Assembly (NCBI GenBank): GCA_049325595.1
Contig: JBMOLF010000015.1
Location: 187,238-251,237 of the forward strand
Direction: 5' to 3'
Length of the DNA: 64,000 nt
Source of the DNA: Candidatus Babelota bacterium
GTDB lineage: Bacteria; Babelota; Babeliae; Babelales; Vermiphilaceae
This document shows positions 1 to 10,276 of this stretch, in pieces (positions within the stretch are counted from its first letter, which is position 1; each line of letters starts with the position of its first letter). Under the pieces are notes generated by a model, which did no database searches, was not told where the DNA came from, and worked only from the letters and a program-made list of their open reading frames with translations. Both the position numbers and the translations under genes were made by a program.

Positions 1-79
1 GCAAAATGTATCATCAATTGGTAAATGGCGAGAAGTCGTTATAACAGAACTAGATATCAAAAAAGCGATAATGAGATAA
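1..79 (+). CDS. 3' end of an unknown CDS (partial, begins before window)
   Basis: Open frame from position 2 (QNVSSIGKWREVVITELDIKKAIMR) ending TAA 77-79, directly followed by a terminator. Confidence 0.5.
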   Translation, partial: QNVSSIGKWREVVITELDIKKAIMR

Positions 80-80
80 T

Positions 81-110
81 AAAAAAGGCACTCAGATGAG
101 TGCCTTTTTT
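81..110. terminator. Bidirectional intrinsic terminator
   Basis: AAAAAAGGCACTC-AGAT-GAGTGCCTTTTTT between convergent genes. Confidence 0.85.
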
Positions 111-113
111 GAA

Positions 114-2960
114 CTAACGTGCAGTTAACACTTTCTGACATCGTTTGCATAACCCATATTCATTATCGGTTACTTCCCAATTCCAGCAACGGGGACATTT
201 AGTACCTTCTGCTTTAGCAACATGCACCCACACACCAACCATATCTGTTTCTTGTAAATCAGTTGGTTTATTGCGCAATGAAACGGAAGAAACAATAAAG
301 AATTCTTTAAAGAACTGTTCTGGCGATTGATTGTTTTTTACTAACCGATCGACAAAATGTTTAATCAAAGAAAGATGGCTCATATCATAATCAAGATGTA
401 AAGCAATTTGCGCTTCAAGTGAGTGCTTAATTATTCCTGCTTGTCGTAATCCTTCGATTGCTTTAAGTACCGCCGAGCGTACTTTCTTGAGCAAATCCCA
501 TTCATGATCTTGCATTTGGTCGTCTGCTGGTATTACCTCGGATAATTGTGCAAATGATTGAAGATGGATCGATTCTTTTTTATTTTTTTGATACAAATCA
601 GAAACTTGTTCTGCGGTAAATGAAAGAATCGGCGCCATCATTTTAGTAAGCGTATCAAGAATATACCAACATGAAGTTTGAGCTGAACGTCGCAAATGTC
701 CATCTGCTTGCTCTACGTACAAACGATCTTTAATAATATCAAGATAGAATGAACTTAATTCTGTAGCACAATAATCACCAAGTGTATGAAACACGGCAGT
801 AAAATCAAAGTCATTGTACTGATTAATTGTTTTGTCGTTAATCTCTTGCACTATATGCACTGCATAGCGATCAAATGCTTCCATTTTATCAAATGAAATT
901 GCATCTTTTGCGATATCAAAATCGTAAAGATTTGATAGCAAGAATCGACAAGTATTTCTAATTTTACGGAATACTTCTTTTACATTTTCAATTAATTTTG
1001 CAGAAATAACTGCATCACCTGAACAATCAATACTAGAAACCCACAAACGCAATCCATCGGTACCTAATTGATCAATCATTTGCTGTGGAGATACCACATT
1101 ACCTAAAGATTTAGACATTTTACGGCCTTGTTCGTCAACCGTAAAACCATGAGTAACAATAGTCCTCATTGGCGCAGTGCCTTCTATTACTAAGCCAGTA
1201 AGCAACGAACTTTGGAACCACCCGCGATGTTGATCTTTTCCTTCTGCATATACATCTGCAGGGAAAGATAAGCCATATTTTTTATTTAATACTGCATAAT
1301 GACTTATACCCGAATCAAACCATACATCAAGAATATCTTTTTCTTTTACAAAGTTAGTTCCTTTGCACACCGGGCAGGCAAAATCGTTAGTAACTAATTC
1401 AGAAAGCTCAACTGTATCCCAATATTCAATACCCTGCTCTTTTACTTTATCAGCAACCTTATCTACAAATTCTTTAGTAATATATGTATGATCGCAGGTG
1501 GTACATAATAATGCAGGAATTGGCACACCCCAAATACGCTGTCTTGATAAGCACCATTCTAAGCGCCCTTCTATGGCTGCATGCAACCGGTTTCCTGATT
1601 TTTCAGGCAAGGTAACAATTTGTTCAATTTCTTTAAGTGCTTTTTCTTTTAAGCCATTGCGCTCAAGATCGCAAAACCATTGCTTTGTTGCACGGAAAAT
1701 TAATCCATCGCGCGAACGCCAACAATGAGGGTATGAGTGACGTATGGTAGTTTTGTAAAGCAATTTACCTTGCTCTGCTAATTTTTTTATCACCCAAATT
1801 TGACCATCAGTAACACTCATTCCTTGGAGCTCTGCGGGATTAATACCTTTATCATAGGTACCTGCCGGCGTAATTGGCGAATAAATTTCTAGGTTATTTC
1901 GTACCCCTACTTCATAGTCTTCAGGTCCACAGCCAGGAGCACAATGTACGCACGCAGTACCATCTTCTAATAATACGGTATCCGAAAGAATTACCGGCAC
2001 ACGCAATCCTTCAACAAAAGGATGATGAGCATATGCACCAAATTCAATAAGCTGTTCTGAACTAAACTCAGCAACTATTTCTTTAGATACCTCGAGCATA
2101 GTTGCAATTTTATCAGCCAGTTGTTTTGTCACAATAATATATTTTTCATCAGGTAAACGAAGAACAACATACCGCGCACCTGGTTTGATTAATACCGCTC
2201 TATTAAGTGGCAATGTCCAAGGTGTCGTTGTCCATACTAAAAAGTTTACTGTTTTACCTGTAAGTGTTGGTAAAACAGTCTCAACAACGCGATTTTCTAA
2301 AGGGAATAACACATAAATTGAAGGATCTTTACGTTCATGATATTCAATTTCAGCGGAAGCTAGTACTGTCTGACATGCAGGGCACCATGGTACTGTCTTA
2401 TTTTTTCGCTCGATGTAGCCACCTTCAACAAAAAAACCAAACGCACGCAAAATATCAGATTCGTAGGCATAACTCATAGTCAAATAAGGTCGATCCCAAT
2501 CCATAAGTACGCCAAGTCTTTTAAATTCTTCTTTCTGCGTATCAATCCACTTTTGAGCATATGCGCGACAGGCTTTTTTAAGCTCAGCCGGAGCCAATCC
2601 TGGATTTTCTTGCGAAACTTTTAGTTCAATAGGCAGGCCATGGCAGTCCCAACCGGGAGTAATAGGAACTTGCTTACCTTGCATACGCTTACTTTTGCCA
2701 ATAATATCTTTAAGAATTTTATTATATGCATGTCCAATATGAATATGGCCATTGGCATAAGGGGGCCCATCATGCAAAATAAACTGCTGATGGTCTTTAT
2801 TGTGAACAAAAGTTTTTTCGTACAGATCTTCCTGCTGCCAACGCTTAATCAAAGCGGGATCATCAATAGCTGCTTGTGCACGTATTGGAAAATCGGTCTG
2901 AGGCAAGTTCAGGGTGTTTTTAAAACTCACCTGATTATCAGGTTTGAGTGATTCTGCCAT
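114..2960 (-). CDS. ileS: Isoleucine--tRNA ligase (bacterial type 1)
   Basis: HDGPPYANG, HIGH, GWDCHGLP, WTTTPWT, KMSKS, C-terminal CPRCW...CKRC zinc finger. Confidence 0.97.
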   Translation of the reverse strand: MAESLKPDNQVSFKNTLNLPQTDFPIRAQAAIDDPALIKRWQQEDLYEKTFVHNKDHQQFILHDGPPYANGHIHIGHAYNKILKDIIGKSKRMQGKQVPITPGWDCHGLPIELKVSQENPGLAPAELKKACRAYAQKWIDTQKEEFKRLGVLMDWDRPYLTMSYAYESDILRAFGFFVEGGYIERKNKTVPWCPACQTVLASAEIEYHERKDPSIYVLFPLENRVVETVLPTLTGKTVNFLVWTTTPWTLPLNRAVLIKPGARYVVLRLPDEKYIIVTKQLADKIATMLEVSKEIVAEFSSEQLIEFGAYAHHPFVEGLRVPVILSDTVLLEDGTACVHCAPGCGPEDYEVGVRNNLEIYSPITPAGTYDKGINPAELQGMSVTDGQIWVIKKLAEQGKLLYKTTIRHSYPHCWRSRDGLIFRATKQWFCDLERNGLKEKALKEIEQIVTLPEKSGNRLHAAIEGRLEWCLSRQRIWGVPIPALLCTTCDHTYITKEFVDKVADKVKEQGIEYWDTVELSELVTNDFACPVCKGTNFVKEKDILDVWFDSGISHYAVLNKKYGLSFPADVYAEGKDQHRGWFQSSLLTGLVIEGTAPMRTIVTHGFTVDEQGRKMSKSLGNVVSPQQMIDQLGTDGLRLWVSSIDCSGDAVISAKLIENVKEVFRKIRNTCRFLLSNLYDFDIAKDAISFDKMEAFDRYAVHIVQEINDKTINQYNDFDFTAVFHTLGDYCATELSSFYLDIIKDRLYVEQADGHLRRSAQTSCWYILDTLTKMMAPILSFTAEQVSDLYQKNKKESIHLQSFAQLSEVIPADDQMQDHEWDLLKKVRSAVLKAIEGLRQAGIIKHSLEAQIALHLDYDMSHLSLIKHFVDRLVKNNQSPEQFFKEFFIVSSVSLRNKPTDLQETDMVGVWVHVAKAEGTKCPRCWNWEVTDNEYGLCKRCQKVLTAR

Positions 2961-3046
2961 GTGAAAAGATCCTTGCTTTTATATTGTACTTATTCATAAG
3001 CCGATTATACTTTTTATTTTAAAAATGTCATGTATTGCCGCTTTAA

Positions 3047-4396
3047 ATGAAAAGAGAATCTATGTTTTTTGAGCATGCCAAAATAGGTATCTGGGGATTA
3101 GGAATAGTAGGCACATCAGCTATTCGTTTTTTTTCACGCCATCATTGCATCCTTACCCTGCTCGAAAAAAAAATTCTTCTTCCTGAAGATATGCATTTTT
3201 TGAGTCAGTATAGCGTGTCAGTGCACACCGATAGCATCGAATCCTTTTTACAAAATAATGATTATATTCTTGCAAGTCCTGGTATTGACCTCAGACCTTA
3301 CCTTGTCTATCAGCATAAATTTATAACCGAACTTGATATTTTCATTGACCAGTATCCAAACCCAATCATTGCAATAACTGGCTCTGTAGGCAAAACGAGC
3401 ATAACTCATTTATTATCATTAATTCTTACACATGCAAAAAAAAAGACACTAACTGGTGGCAATATTGGTACTGGTATGCTTGATTTACTCACCGACCCTC
3501 ATAACGATTGTGCCGTTCTAGAGGTATCAAGCTTTCAATTAGAACATTGCCGTTCATTTGCTCCTGATCTTGCCATTTGGACTAACTTATACGCCAATCA
3601 CCTCGATCGACACGGCAGTTTTGAGAATTATTTTTTAGCTAAATTAAAACTCCTCAAAAATCAAAACAATACACAACAAGCGCTTGTTCCTCTTGAGTTA
3701 GCAGATCAGTTACGAGCAGCGCTCCCGGGAAGAACATTTAATTTTTTTTCTGACCAATCATTTTCAACTGAAAAATTAACGAGTTCTGACACCCTGTTTT
3801 ATTTTGATGACAAAAATATAATTAAATACCATCAAAACTCCCGTCAAATAATCGGATCTGTTGCTTGTTTACCTCCAATTACTTACACAATAAATTGGCT
3901 AATACTCATTGCAGCAATGCATCTTCTTGATCTAAATGTATCACTTGAAACGATCGAATATACCTTACCATCGCATCGTTTAGAAAAAGTTGCTACCGTT
4001 AATAACATTCATTTTTATGATGATTCTAAAGCAACTATACCTCAATCAACTCTAGCTGCCGTACAGCAATTACAACATACTTCATTAATGTTATTTTTAG
4101 GTGGTGTGAGCAAGGGTGTTGATCGTTCGTTACTCATTGCGCAACTACCAAAAACAATTAAGCATGTTTTTTGTTTTGGCAAAGAAGCAGATCAGCTTTA
4201 TCAATGGTGCTTAGCAAATAATTTATCAGCTTCCTCTCACCAAACATTAAAAGAAGCATTTGCTACATGCATAGCACAGGCACGTGACAACGATTATGTT
4301 CTTTTTTCACCAGCTGGCGCCAGCTTTGATTTATTTTCTAATTACCAAGAGCGCGGAAATCAATTTAAAAAACTAGTGCATGAGCTGAGTGCATAA
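3047..4396 (+). CDS. murD: UDP-N-acetylmuramoyl-L-alanine--D-glutamate ligase
   Basis: SPGI, ITGSVGKT, GGNIG, EVSSFQL, HLDRH, DDSKAT, FSPAGASFDLF..YQERG. Confidence 0.95.
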   Translation: MKRESMFFEHAKIGIWGLGIVGTSAIRFFSRHHCILTLLEKKILLPEDMHFLSQYSVSVHTDSIESFLQNNDYILASPGIDLRPYLVYQHKFITELDIFIDQYPNPIIAITGSVGKTSITHLLSLILTHAKKKTLTGGNIGTGMLDLLTDPHNDCAVLEVSSFQLEHCRSFAPDLAIWTNLYANHLDRHGSFENYFLAKLKLLKNQNNTQQALVPLELADQLRAALPGRTFNFFSDQSFSTEKLTSSDTLFYFDDKNIIKYHQNSRQIIGSVACLPPITYTINWLILIAAMHLLDLNVSLETIEYTLPSHRLEKVATVNNIHFYDDSKATIPQSTLAAVQQLQHTSLMLFLGGVSKGVDRSLLIAQLPKTIKHVFCFGKEADQLYQWCLANNLSASSHQTLKEAFATCIAQARDNDYVLFSPAGASFDLFSNYQERGNQFKKLVHELSA

Positions 4397-4436
4397 TGCT
4401 AGGATAATCACATACCTAACAAGGGGGAATGTGGCA

Positions 4437-4871
4437 ATGAAGCATTTAGCACTCATACTCATAATAGCATGCAATATACTGGCACAAGAAAAAAAAGTTA
4501 TTAGCATATATCAGTGCTGTAACCATTTAGATGAAAATGTTCAACTTCGCATAGAAGAAGAAGGTAAGCGCGCAAAATCAATAAATGTAAATGCAAAACA
4601 AAACCAATTATTTTTTTTTGCACCAAATTTTAAAGTTTCGATTCTTAATAGCAATCAAACAACTCTTGCATCATTAGAAATTCAAAACTACAGTGATAAT
4701 GTAATTAATATTGAAAAAATTAATGATCAAATTCACGTTTTTACAACCAAAAAACCTAATGAAACAATACCTCTGTTAATGAATTATACTCCTCAAGATC
4801 AACCAGATTATCAATCAAATGAATTTGACTCAAACACCAAAAAAGGATGTTGCCGTTGCCAACAACAATGA
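4437..4871 (+). CDS. Secreted hypothetical protein with Cys-rich C-terminus (KKGCCRCQQQ)
   Basis: GGGGG RBS before ATG 4437; signal peptide MKHLALILIIACNILA-QE. Confidence 0.7.
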   Translation: MKHLALILIIACNILAQEKKVISIYQCCNHLDENVQLRIEEEGKRAKSINVNAKQNQLFFFAPNFKVSILNSNQTTLASLEIQNYSDNVINIEKINDQIHVFTTKKPNETIPLLMNYTPQDQPDYQSNEFDSNTKKGCCRCQQQ

Positions 4872-4880
4872 GATAAAATA

Positions 4881-6014
4881 ATGAAAGTAAATTCCTCATA
4901 TGCAAAAAACGATTTACTACCCTATCTAATATTATTTTGCTTCTTAATTGGTTTATTAATTGTTATCGGATTAGTTTTTATCTATTCAGCAAGCTCGGTG
5001 TATGCGCTTGAAAAATTTGGTAAAGGATATTATTTCGCGCAAAAACAAGCGGTAGGATTACTCATTGGAATTATAGCAGTTGCCACAATTAATATAATTC
5101 CTTTATTATTGATCAAGCGCCTTACGCCACTTTTTTTTATGCTCTCACTCGGTTTAACTTTTTTAACTGCCGTGCCAGGACTTAGTATTCGCATTCATGG
5201 ATCCAGTAGATGGTTAAAATTATTTTTTATTACTTTTCAACCAAGTGAGCTATTGAAAATATCATTGATACTCTATATCGCTTACCTTATCACCAAAAAG
5301 AGCCACGTAGTTTCGCCATTTTGGCAGCGTTTTATACCGATTATTACTATTCTGGGGTTAACCAGTTTTGCATTGTTAAAACAACCAGATTTTGGTCTAA
5401 CAGTAACATTACTAGCAACAACGATGGTGGTTTTTTTTATTGCACAATTTCAAATGCGCTATTTATTGTGGAGTCTTATTGCTGCTATTCCTGCACTTCT
5501 TGTCCTCATTTTTACTAGCCCTTATCGCATTCGACGCATTCTTACTTTTTTAAACCCATGGGCTGATCCTCAAGGAAACGGCTTTCAAATAATTCAATCG
5601 CTCATTGCGATTGGATCTGGTAATACATGGGGTATGGGAATTGCCCATTCCAAACAAAAATATTTTTACCTACCCATGCAACATACTGATTTTATTTTTT
5701 CTATTATTGCAGAAGAAACTGGTTTTGTTGGTTGCTTTATTATTATCTCATTATTTATGAGCATTTTATATATTGGCATAAAAATTGCCTTGGCAATGAA
5801 AGATCTTTTTTGCTCATATGCCATACTGGGTTTTATAATCATGCTTAATCTTCAAGCTCTTATTAACATTGCCGTAGCCACCGGTCTTGCGCCGACTAAA
5901 GGAATTGGTTTACCATTTGTAAGTTACGGAAATACCTCTCTTGTTGGCTATTTGATTATCATTGGTCTTATACTCAATATGGCAAGAAATAATAAAACAT
6001 ACTCTTTTGCCTAG
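4881..6014 (+). CDS. ftsW: SEDS peptidoglycan polymerase FtsW
   Basis: GSSRW, FQPSELLK, KQPDFG, QSLIAIGSG, HTDFIFSIIAEETG, PTKGIGLPFVSYG; near murD. Confidence 0.92.
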   Translation: MKVNSSYAKNDLLPYLILFCFLIGLLIVIGLVFIYSASSVYALEKFGKGYYFAQKQAVGLLIGIIAVATINIIPLLLIKRLTPLFFMLSLGLTFLTAVPGLSIRIHGSSRWLKLFFITFQPSELLKISLILYIAYLITKKSHVVSPFWQRFIPIITILGLTSFALLKQPDFGLTVTLLATTMVVFFIAQFQMRYLLWSLIAAIPALLVLIFTSPYRIRRILTFLNPWADPQGNGFQIIQSLIAIGSGNTWGMGIAHSKQKYFYLPMQHTDFIFSIIAEETGFVGCFIIISLFMSILYIGIKIALAMKDLFCSYAILGFIIMLNLQALINIAVATGLAPTKGIGLPFVSYGNTSLVGYLIIIGLILNMARNNKTYSFA

Positions 6015-6087
6015 TACTCTTGTCCCTCATAAAAATCCTGCTAAACTGATGAAAATCTCACATAATTTTTTATTTATAAGGAACAGT

Positions 6088-6861
6088 ATGCAAACCATTA
6101 CCCAAGAACAAACCCAAACGGTATCACAAACACCTGCTACCCGTGATCCATTGGGTGATGGCATAAGTTCAGTTCAATTAGTGCGTATTTCCGGATCCGA
6201 TGTAGACATCGTAAATGCTGCCCGCGTTTCATACGGCAAATTTGTAACCGAAATGACTGAACGCGATGCTAAATTAATTGCTTTTTTAATGGCACACGAA
6301 CACACAAGCCCTTTTGAGCATAATCAACTTTCATTTCGCATTAAATGCCCTTTGTTTGTTGCGCGTCAATGGATGCGTCATCGTATGAATTCATATAACG
6401 AAATTAGTTATCGGTATGTAAAATCAGCATTAGAATTTTATATTCCTTCTCATTGGCGATTTCAAGATACCACTAATAAACAAAAAACGGTCGGCGCATT
6501 TGAAGATCCTGTTTTAAAACAAGAATATATTAAGGCTTTAGAAACAAGCGCTAAAACTTATGAATATCTCCTTGAGCAAGGAGTTGGCAGAGAACTTGCT
6601 CGTGCAGTGTTACCGTTATGTACTTATACTGAATTTATTTTTACCTGCAACCTACACTCACTTATGCACTTTTTAAAGCTTCGTTTACATGCCGGAGCTC
6701 AAAAAGAAATTCAAGAATATGCGCGCGCTATGCTTACTTTAGCGTTACCACATTTTCCGGTATCATTAGGCGAATGGTGCAAAAAACATGCCGATACCCT
6801 CGAAATAAATAAAGAAGACATCATGACACCTGAGTTTACTAAACATGTAGGTGATGAGTAA
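6088..6861 (+). CDS. thyX: Flavin-dependent thymidylate synthase
   Basis: AARVSY, HTSPFEH, ARQWMRHR...SYNEISYRY, AQKEIQ; ATG 6088 follows AAGGA. Confidence 0.95.
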   Translation: MQTITQEQTQTVSQTPATRDPLGDGISSVQLVRISGSDVDIVNAARVSYGKFVTEMTERDAKLIAFLMAHEHTSPFEHNQLSFRIKCPLFVARQWMRHRMNSYNEISYRYVKSALEFYIPSHWRFQDTTNKQKTVGAFEDPVLKQEYIKALETSAKTYEYLLEQGVGRELARAVLPLCTYTEFIFTCNLHSLMHFLKLRLHAGAQKEIQEYARAMLTLALPHFPVSLGEWCKKHADTLEINKEDIMTPEFTKHVGDE

Positions 6862-6877
6862 TTACTCTGATTAAGTT

Positions 6878-6906
6878 GGGATGGCACTTAAAGCCATCCT
6901 TTTTTT
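6878..6906 (+). terminator. Intrinsic terminator after thyX
   Basis: GGATGGC-ACTTAAA-GCCATCC followed by a T tract. Confidence 0.75.
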
Positions 6907-7041
6907 ATCATCTCAATTTTCCAATTGAATAAATTAATTTAAATTTAAAATTTTTTGACTTTAATACACACATATGAGATCTTTTTCTAATCTTATTCAC
7001 TGATATTTATTCCAATTCAATAGTTATAACCTAAGAAGGAA

Positions 7042-7893
7042 ATGCTTCCTATGCAAATGCAGTGTCGCTCTTTCATCACTTTAATACTGTTAGTACTATC
7101 AAACACACTTACAGCTATGGAAAAAAACAATCCGGTAAAACAACAAACAGACACCACGGTTTTCCCGCTAATTGCACATCAGTTGATAACTTTGTCACAT
7201 ACACGCTGCGGAGCACTTGAAGCTATTCATCCTCTTTCATTGGTTAACAAATCAATTAGAAAAGAATTATACAATCATAAAGACGACCTCAATCAAGCAA
7301 TAGCAGCAAAAATTGGTTATGAGAACTTGGTAGATGGCGATGCAACAAATGCTGATCTGGCAAATACTCGCAAGGCTATACTACGCGCTGCACTCGAGGA
7401 AGAAACCACCATTAAAGAGCGTGAAGGTTATACGTTTTTGTATAAAGACACAGGAATTTTTAAAATTAATGATGTGCTTGCTTACATAGAACATGGCGAT
7501 ACAACCATAAGCAATGAACATATTAATAATATATTAAATGCCTATAGCTGGTCTCTTAAACGCTATAACTATGAACTGAGCGCAACTTTACTCGGCTTAT
7601 TCAAACAATCAGTCAGACATCTTGCAGATAATGATCATTTACAAAAAACATATAGTGATGTTATAAAGCCTTCACTGACCGGATATTCCCCACGTATCGT
7701 ACAATTATCGTTAAAAACTGGTAAAGACTTGTTTGGATCAAATTTTTTCGATATTCCCGGTCTCAAATCAAAATCAAATACCATCGATAGTTTTATTGAT
7801 CTTTATAAAAAAGATGATCCAGTTATTGCGTCCCTGGTATCTCAAGCGATAATCAAAGATATAAGAAGTCGTTATGTGTTAAACAAGAAATAA
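7042..7893 (+). CDS. Secreted hypothetical protein, degenerate F-box-like family (paralog of 7916 and 55314 ORFs)
   Basis: Signal peptide ending LTA-MEK; LSLVNKSIR; LLGLFKQ; LFGSNF. Confidence 0.7.
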   Translation: MLPMQMQCRSFITLILLVLSNTLTAMEKNNPVKQQTDTTVFPLIAHQLITLSHTRCGALEAIHPLSLVNKSIRKELYNHKDDLNQAIAAKIGYENLVDGDATNADLANTRKAILRAALEEETTIKEREGYTFLYKDTGIFKINDVLAYIEHGDTTISNEHINNILNAYSWSLKRYNYELSATLLGLFKQSVRHLADNDHLQKTYSDVIKPSLTGYSPRIVQLSLKTGKDLFGSNFFDIPGLKSKSNTIDSFIDLYKKDDPVIASLVSQAIIKDIRSRYVLNKK

Positions 7894-7915
7894 TCATCAC
7901 TGAAAGAGTATCCTC

Positions 7916-8794
7916 ATGTTAGTAAAAAAATATAATGCTTTAGCAATGTGTTTAATCACCGGCAGTATCTTTGGTATGGAAAACAATTTTTCTAAACCAG
8001 CAAGAATCGTTTCTGAAGGTCCTTTGCAACGGTTACGACCTGCTGCATTGCGCGAAGAAAAAATTGTATTTTATTTAGCAAAAAATTTTATCGAATCAGC
8101 TGAAAATAGCACACAGGCACGCACTTATCTTAAAAATTTTTCTGGTGTTAACAAATTTGTGCATGATACCATTAAAAATCACAAAGAAGAATTGAAAGAA
8201 ATTTCAAAAAACGCAATTGAGCATATTTACGAAAAATTCGCCAACCACACAGAATTGTTAACCGGTGATTATACTAATCCAATTATAAAAAAAACTGCGA
8301 GTAAAATAATCAAGGCTCAGCATAGCAATCTTAATGCCACAGCATTTTTCTTTTTAGCACCAGATGATGCTCACAACCGTGCTCTTTTAAAAAATATTCA
8401 ACACATATTTGATGAAGCCAATACTCAAGTTACTGCTAAAAGCATCTCCGACATAGTGACCACGCTTGATTGGGCGGTTAATGCACGCTCTGATACCGAA
8501 TTATCTTATACACTACTCGGTGCATTGCGTAAATTCGGCCCGCAATGTAAAGAAGATGAGGAGTTACGAGCTCGCTATGTTGATATTGTAAAAGCAAGTC
8601 AAAAGGATCCGTACAATGATTACATAACAAAACCATTGTACGTTGTTGGCGAAGAACTTTTTGGAGAGCAACTTTACACAACTGTCGGCCTGCGATCACA
8701 TTCAAGCATTATTGATGTTTACATCGAATTACACAAAGATACTCGTGTAAAACAAATTATCACTGACGCAATTCAAGAAGCTTATAACTGCTAA
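7916..8794 (+). CDS. Secreted hypothetical protein, degenerate F-box-like family
   Basis: Signal peptide ending IFG-MEN; FSGVNKFV; ELLTGDYTNPII; LLGALRK; LFGEQL. Confidence 0.7.
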   Translation: MLVKKYNALAMCLITGSIFGMENNFSKPARIVSEGPLQRLRPAALREEKIVFYLAKNFIESAENSTQARTYLKNFSGVNKFVHDTIKNHKEELKEISKNAIEHIYEKFANHTELLTGDYTNPIIKKTASKIIKAQHSNLNATAFFFLAPDDAHNRALLKNIQHIFDEANTQVTAKSISDIVTTLDWAVNARSDTELSYTLLGALRKFGPQCKEDEELRARYVDIVKASQKDPYNDYITKPLYVVGEELFGEQLYTTVGLRSHSSIIDVYIELHKDTRVKQIITDAIQEAYNC

Positions 8795-8797
8795 ATT

Positions 8798-8853
8798 TTG
8801 AGTTCGAGCCTAAATATGTAATCACATTAAAAGTATATGAGGCTCGAACTCAA
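8798..8853. repeat. 14-bp perfect inverted repeat with 28-nt spacer between convergent genes (probable terminator)
   Basis: TTGAGTTCGAGCCT (8798-8811) / AGGCTCGAACTCAA (8840-8853). Confidence 0.75.
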
Positions 8854-8855
8854 TT

Positions 8856-9662
8856 TTATCTATTTTCGAATTTCTGTATAAGTTCAATCGGCCCTAAATT
8901 TTTGTAATCGGGAACAATTTTCAGATCAGAAAAAATGGTACGAAAACCACTGTCTCCTCGTGGCCGATAGGAAGGCGTTGAAAAAAATCCTTTTATAATA
9001 TTTTGTTGTTGAATAATATTGTTTGATAATGGCAAACCTGATGCTGTTCTTTTATCTTTACTAAATACACCACTAAAAAAAGTAGGCTTTTGTGGCACCA
9101 AGTCTTTACCATTCCATTCAACAAAAATAGTAGCTCCTGGCTTTAAATCGGTAAATATAAACGGCATAAGAGTTGGGTTGCCATACATATCTTTTGGACC
9201 TGGGTAAATTATAAGAGCGATATCTTCCTTAGTATTCAATCGAGATTTTCCACCAAGCCGCAACACGCTATTTACCTGCAATCCTGTTATATAAAAACGA
9301 ACTTTTCGTTTTACTTCTTCCATCTTTTTTTGATCAAGATATCTATTGATTCGCTCGAGTCTTAATGCTTTAACAGCCTTCTCTAAATAATTTTTTACCG
9401 CTTCCTCACCTTCTTTTTGTATATCTTCTGGTACTTTGACCTCTGAAGCATCTGGTAAAGCCTGCACGTGTGCGGGCACAGGAAAATTGAAATTAAGATC
9501 TGGTGGCACACTTCTTATCACTATATTAATGGGGGCACCACTTTTATTTACTAATTCAAAATTGTAATCTTCTTTTGGGTTTGCTTTAGGTACGTCAAGT
9601 TCAAAGGCTGCTTGCAAACCAATATTAAAAAAATATGTAATAATAAGTAATTTTTTATTCAT
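8856..9662 (-). CDS. Secreted hypothetical protein
   Basis: 268-aa ORF, GGGAG RBS, N-terminal signal peptide (…IGLQA-AF). Confidence 0.75.
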   Translation of the reverse strand: MNKKLLIITYFFNIGLQAAFELDVPKANPKEDYNFELVNKSGAPINIVIRSVPPDLNFNFPVPAHVQALPDASEVKVPEDIQKEGEEAVKNYLEKAVKALRLERINRYLDQKKMEEVKRKVRFYITGLQVNSVLRLGGKSRLNTKEDIALIIYPGPKDMYGNPTLMPFIFTDLKPGATIFVEWNGKDLVPQKPTFFSGVFSKDKRTASGLPLSNNIIQQQNIIKGFFSTPSYRPRGDSGFRTIFSDLKIVPDYKNLGPIELIQKFENR

Positions 9663-9864
9663 GAACTTCTCCCTTTAAACATTAACATATTAATACAATT
9701 TGAATTAATTGATCAACGATCTTGATTAAATAAGTGGAAAATTTAAACATAATAATCGAATTATGCGAATCTTGTTTCAAAACTTCATAATTTTATTCAA
9801 AAATTGAATTATTTTAGCAAAAATTTATACTGATAAGTAGATTTAACATTTTTGGAGGTTTATT

Positions 9865-10257
9865 ATGAAATTGTTCAAATCACTTTCTTTACTAGTCGCT
9901 CTTACTACTGTTGCAACTGGAATTGCTTCATATCAAGGCCAAGTTGTTGAGCTCAGTTCTCGTGCTCAAATAAATCAAGCACTAGCATCTAATCAATTTG
10001 TAATTATAGACTTGTATGCACACTGGTGCCGCCCATGCCAAATGATGAGCCCTATCTTACATAACATTGTAAATCATCGCAAAGACGTTGCCGTAATTAA
10101 AGTTAATGCCGATCGAAGCGCAGGAGCCGTATCTGGTTTAATGTCAACCCGTGCATTGCCTACCATCGCTTTCTTTAAAAATGGTGCCAAAGTTGCAGAA
10201 TTTACCGGTGCACGATCAGAAGCACAAATGATGGCAGAAGTTAATCGACTCTTTTAA
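9865..10257 (+). CDS. Thioredoxin with N-terminal signal peptide
   Basis: IDLYAHWCRPCQMM, ALPTIAFFKNG; GGAGG RBS; hydrophobic N-terminus. Confidence 0.9.
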   Translation: MKLFKSLSLLVALTTVATGIASYQGQVVELSSRAQINQALASNQFVIIDLYAHWCRPCQMMSPILHNIVNHRKDVAVIKVNADRSAGAVSGLMSTRALPTIAFFKNGAKVAEFTGARSEAQMMAEVNRLF

Positions 10258-10276
10258 TTAAAAATAATAGATTCTT

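Noticed and set aside
145..2951. Short ORFs overlapping ileS, and similar ones inside pepA, the FtsH-like gene, the 1187-aa gene, pgk, dnaA, glyQS and kup
   Set aside because: Antisense or alternate-frame shadows of well-supported genes with no recognisable motifs.
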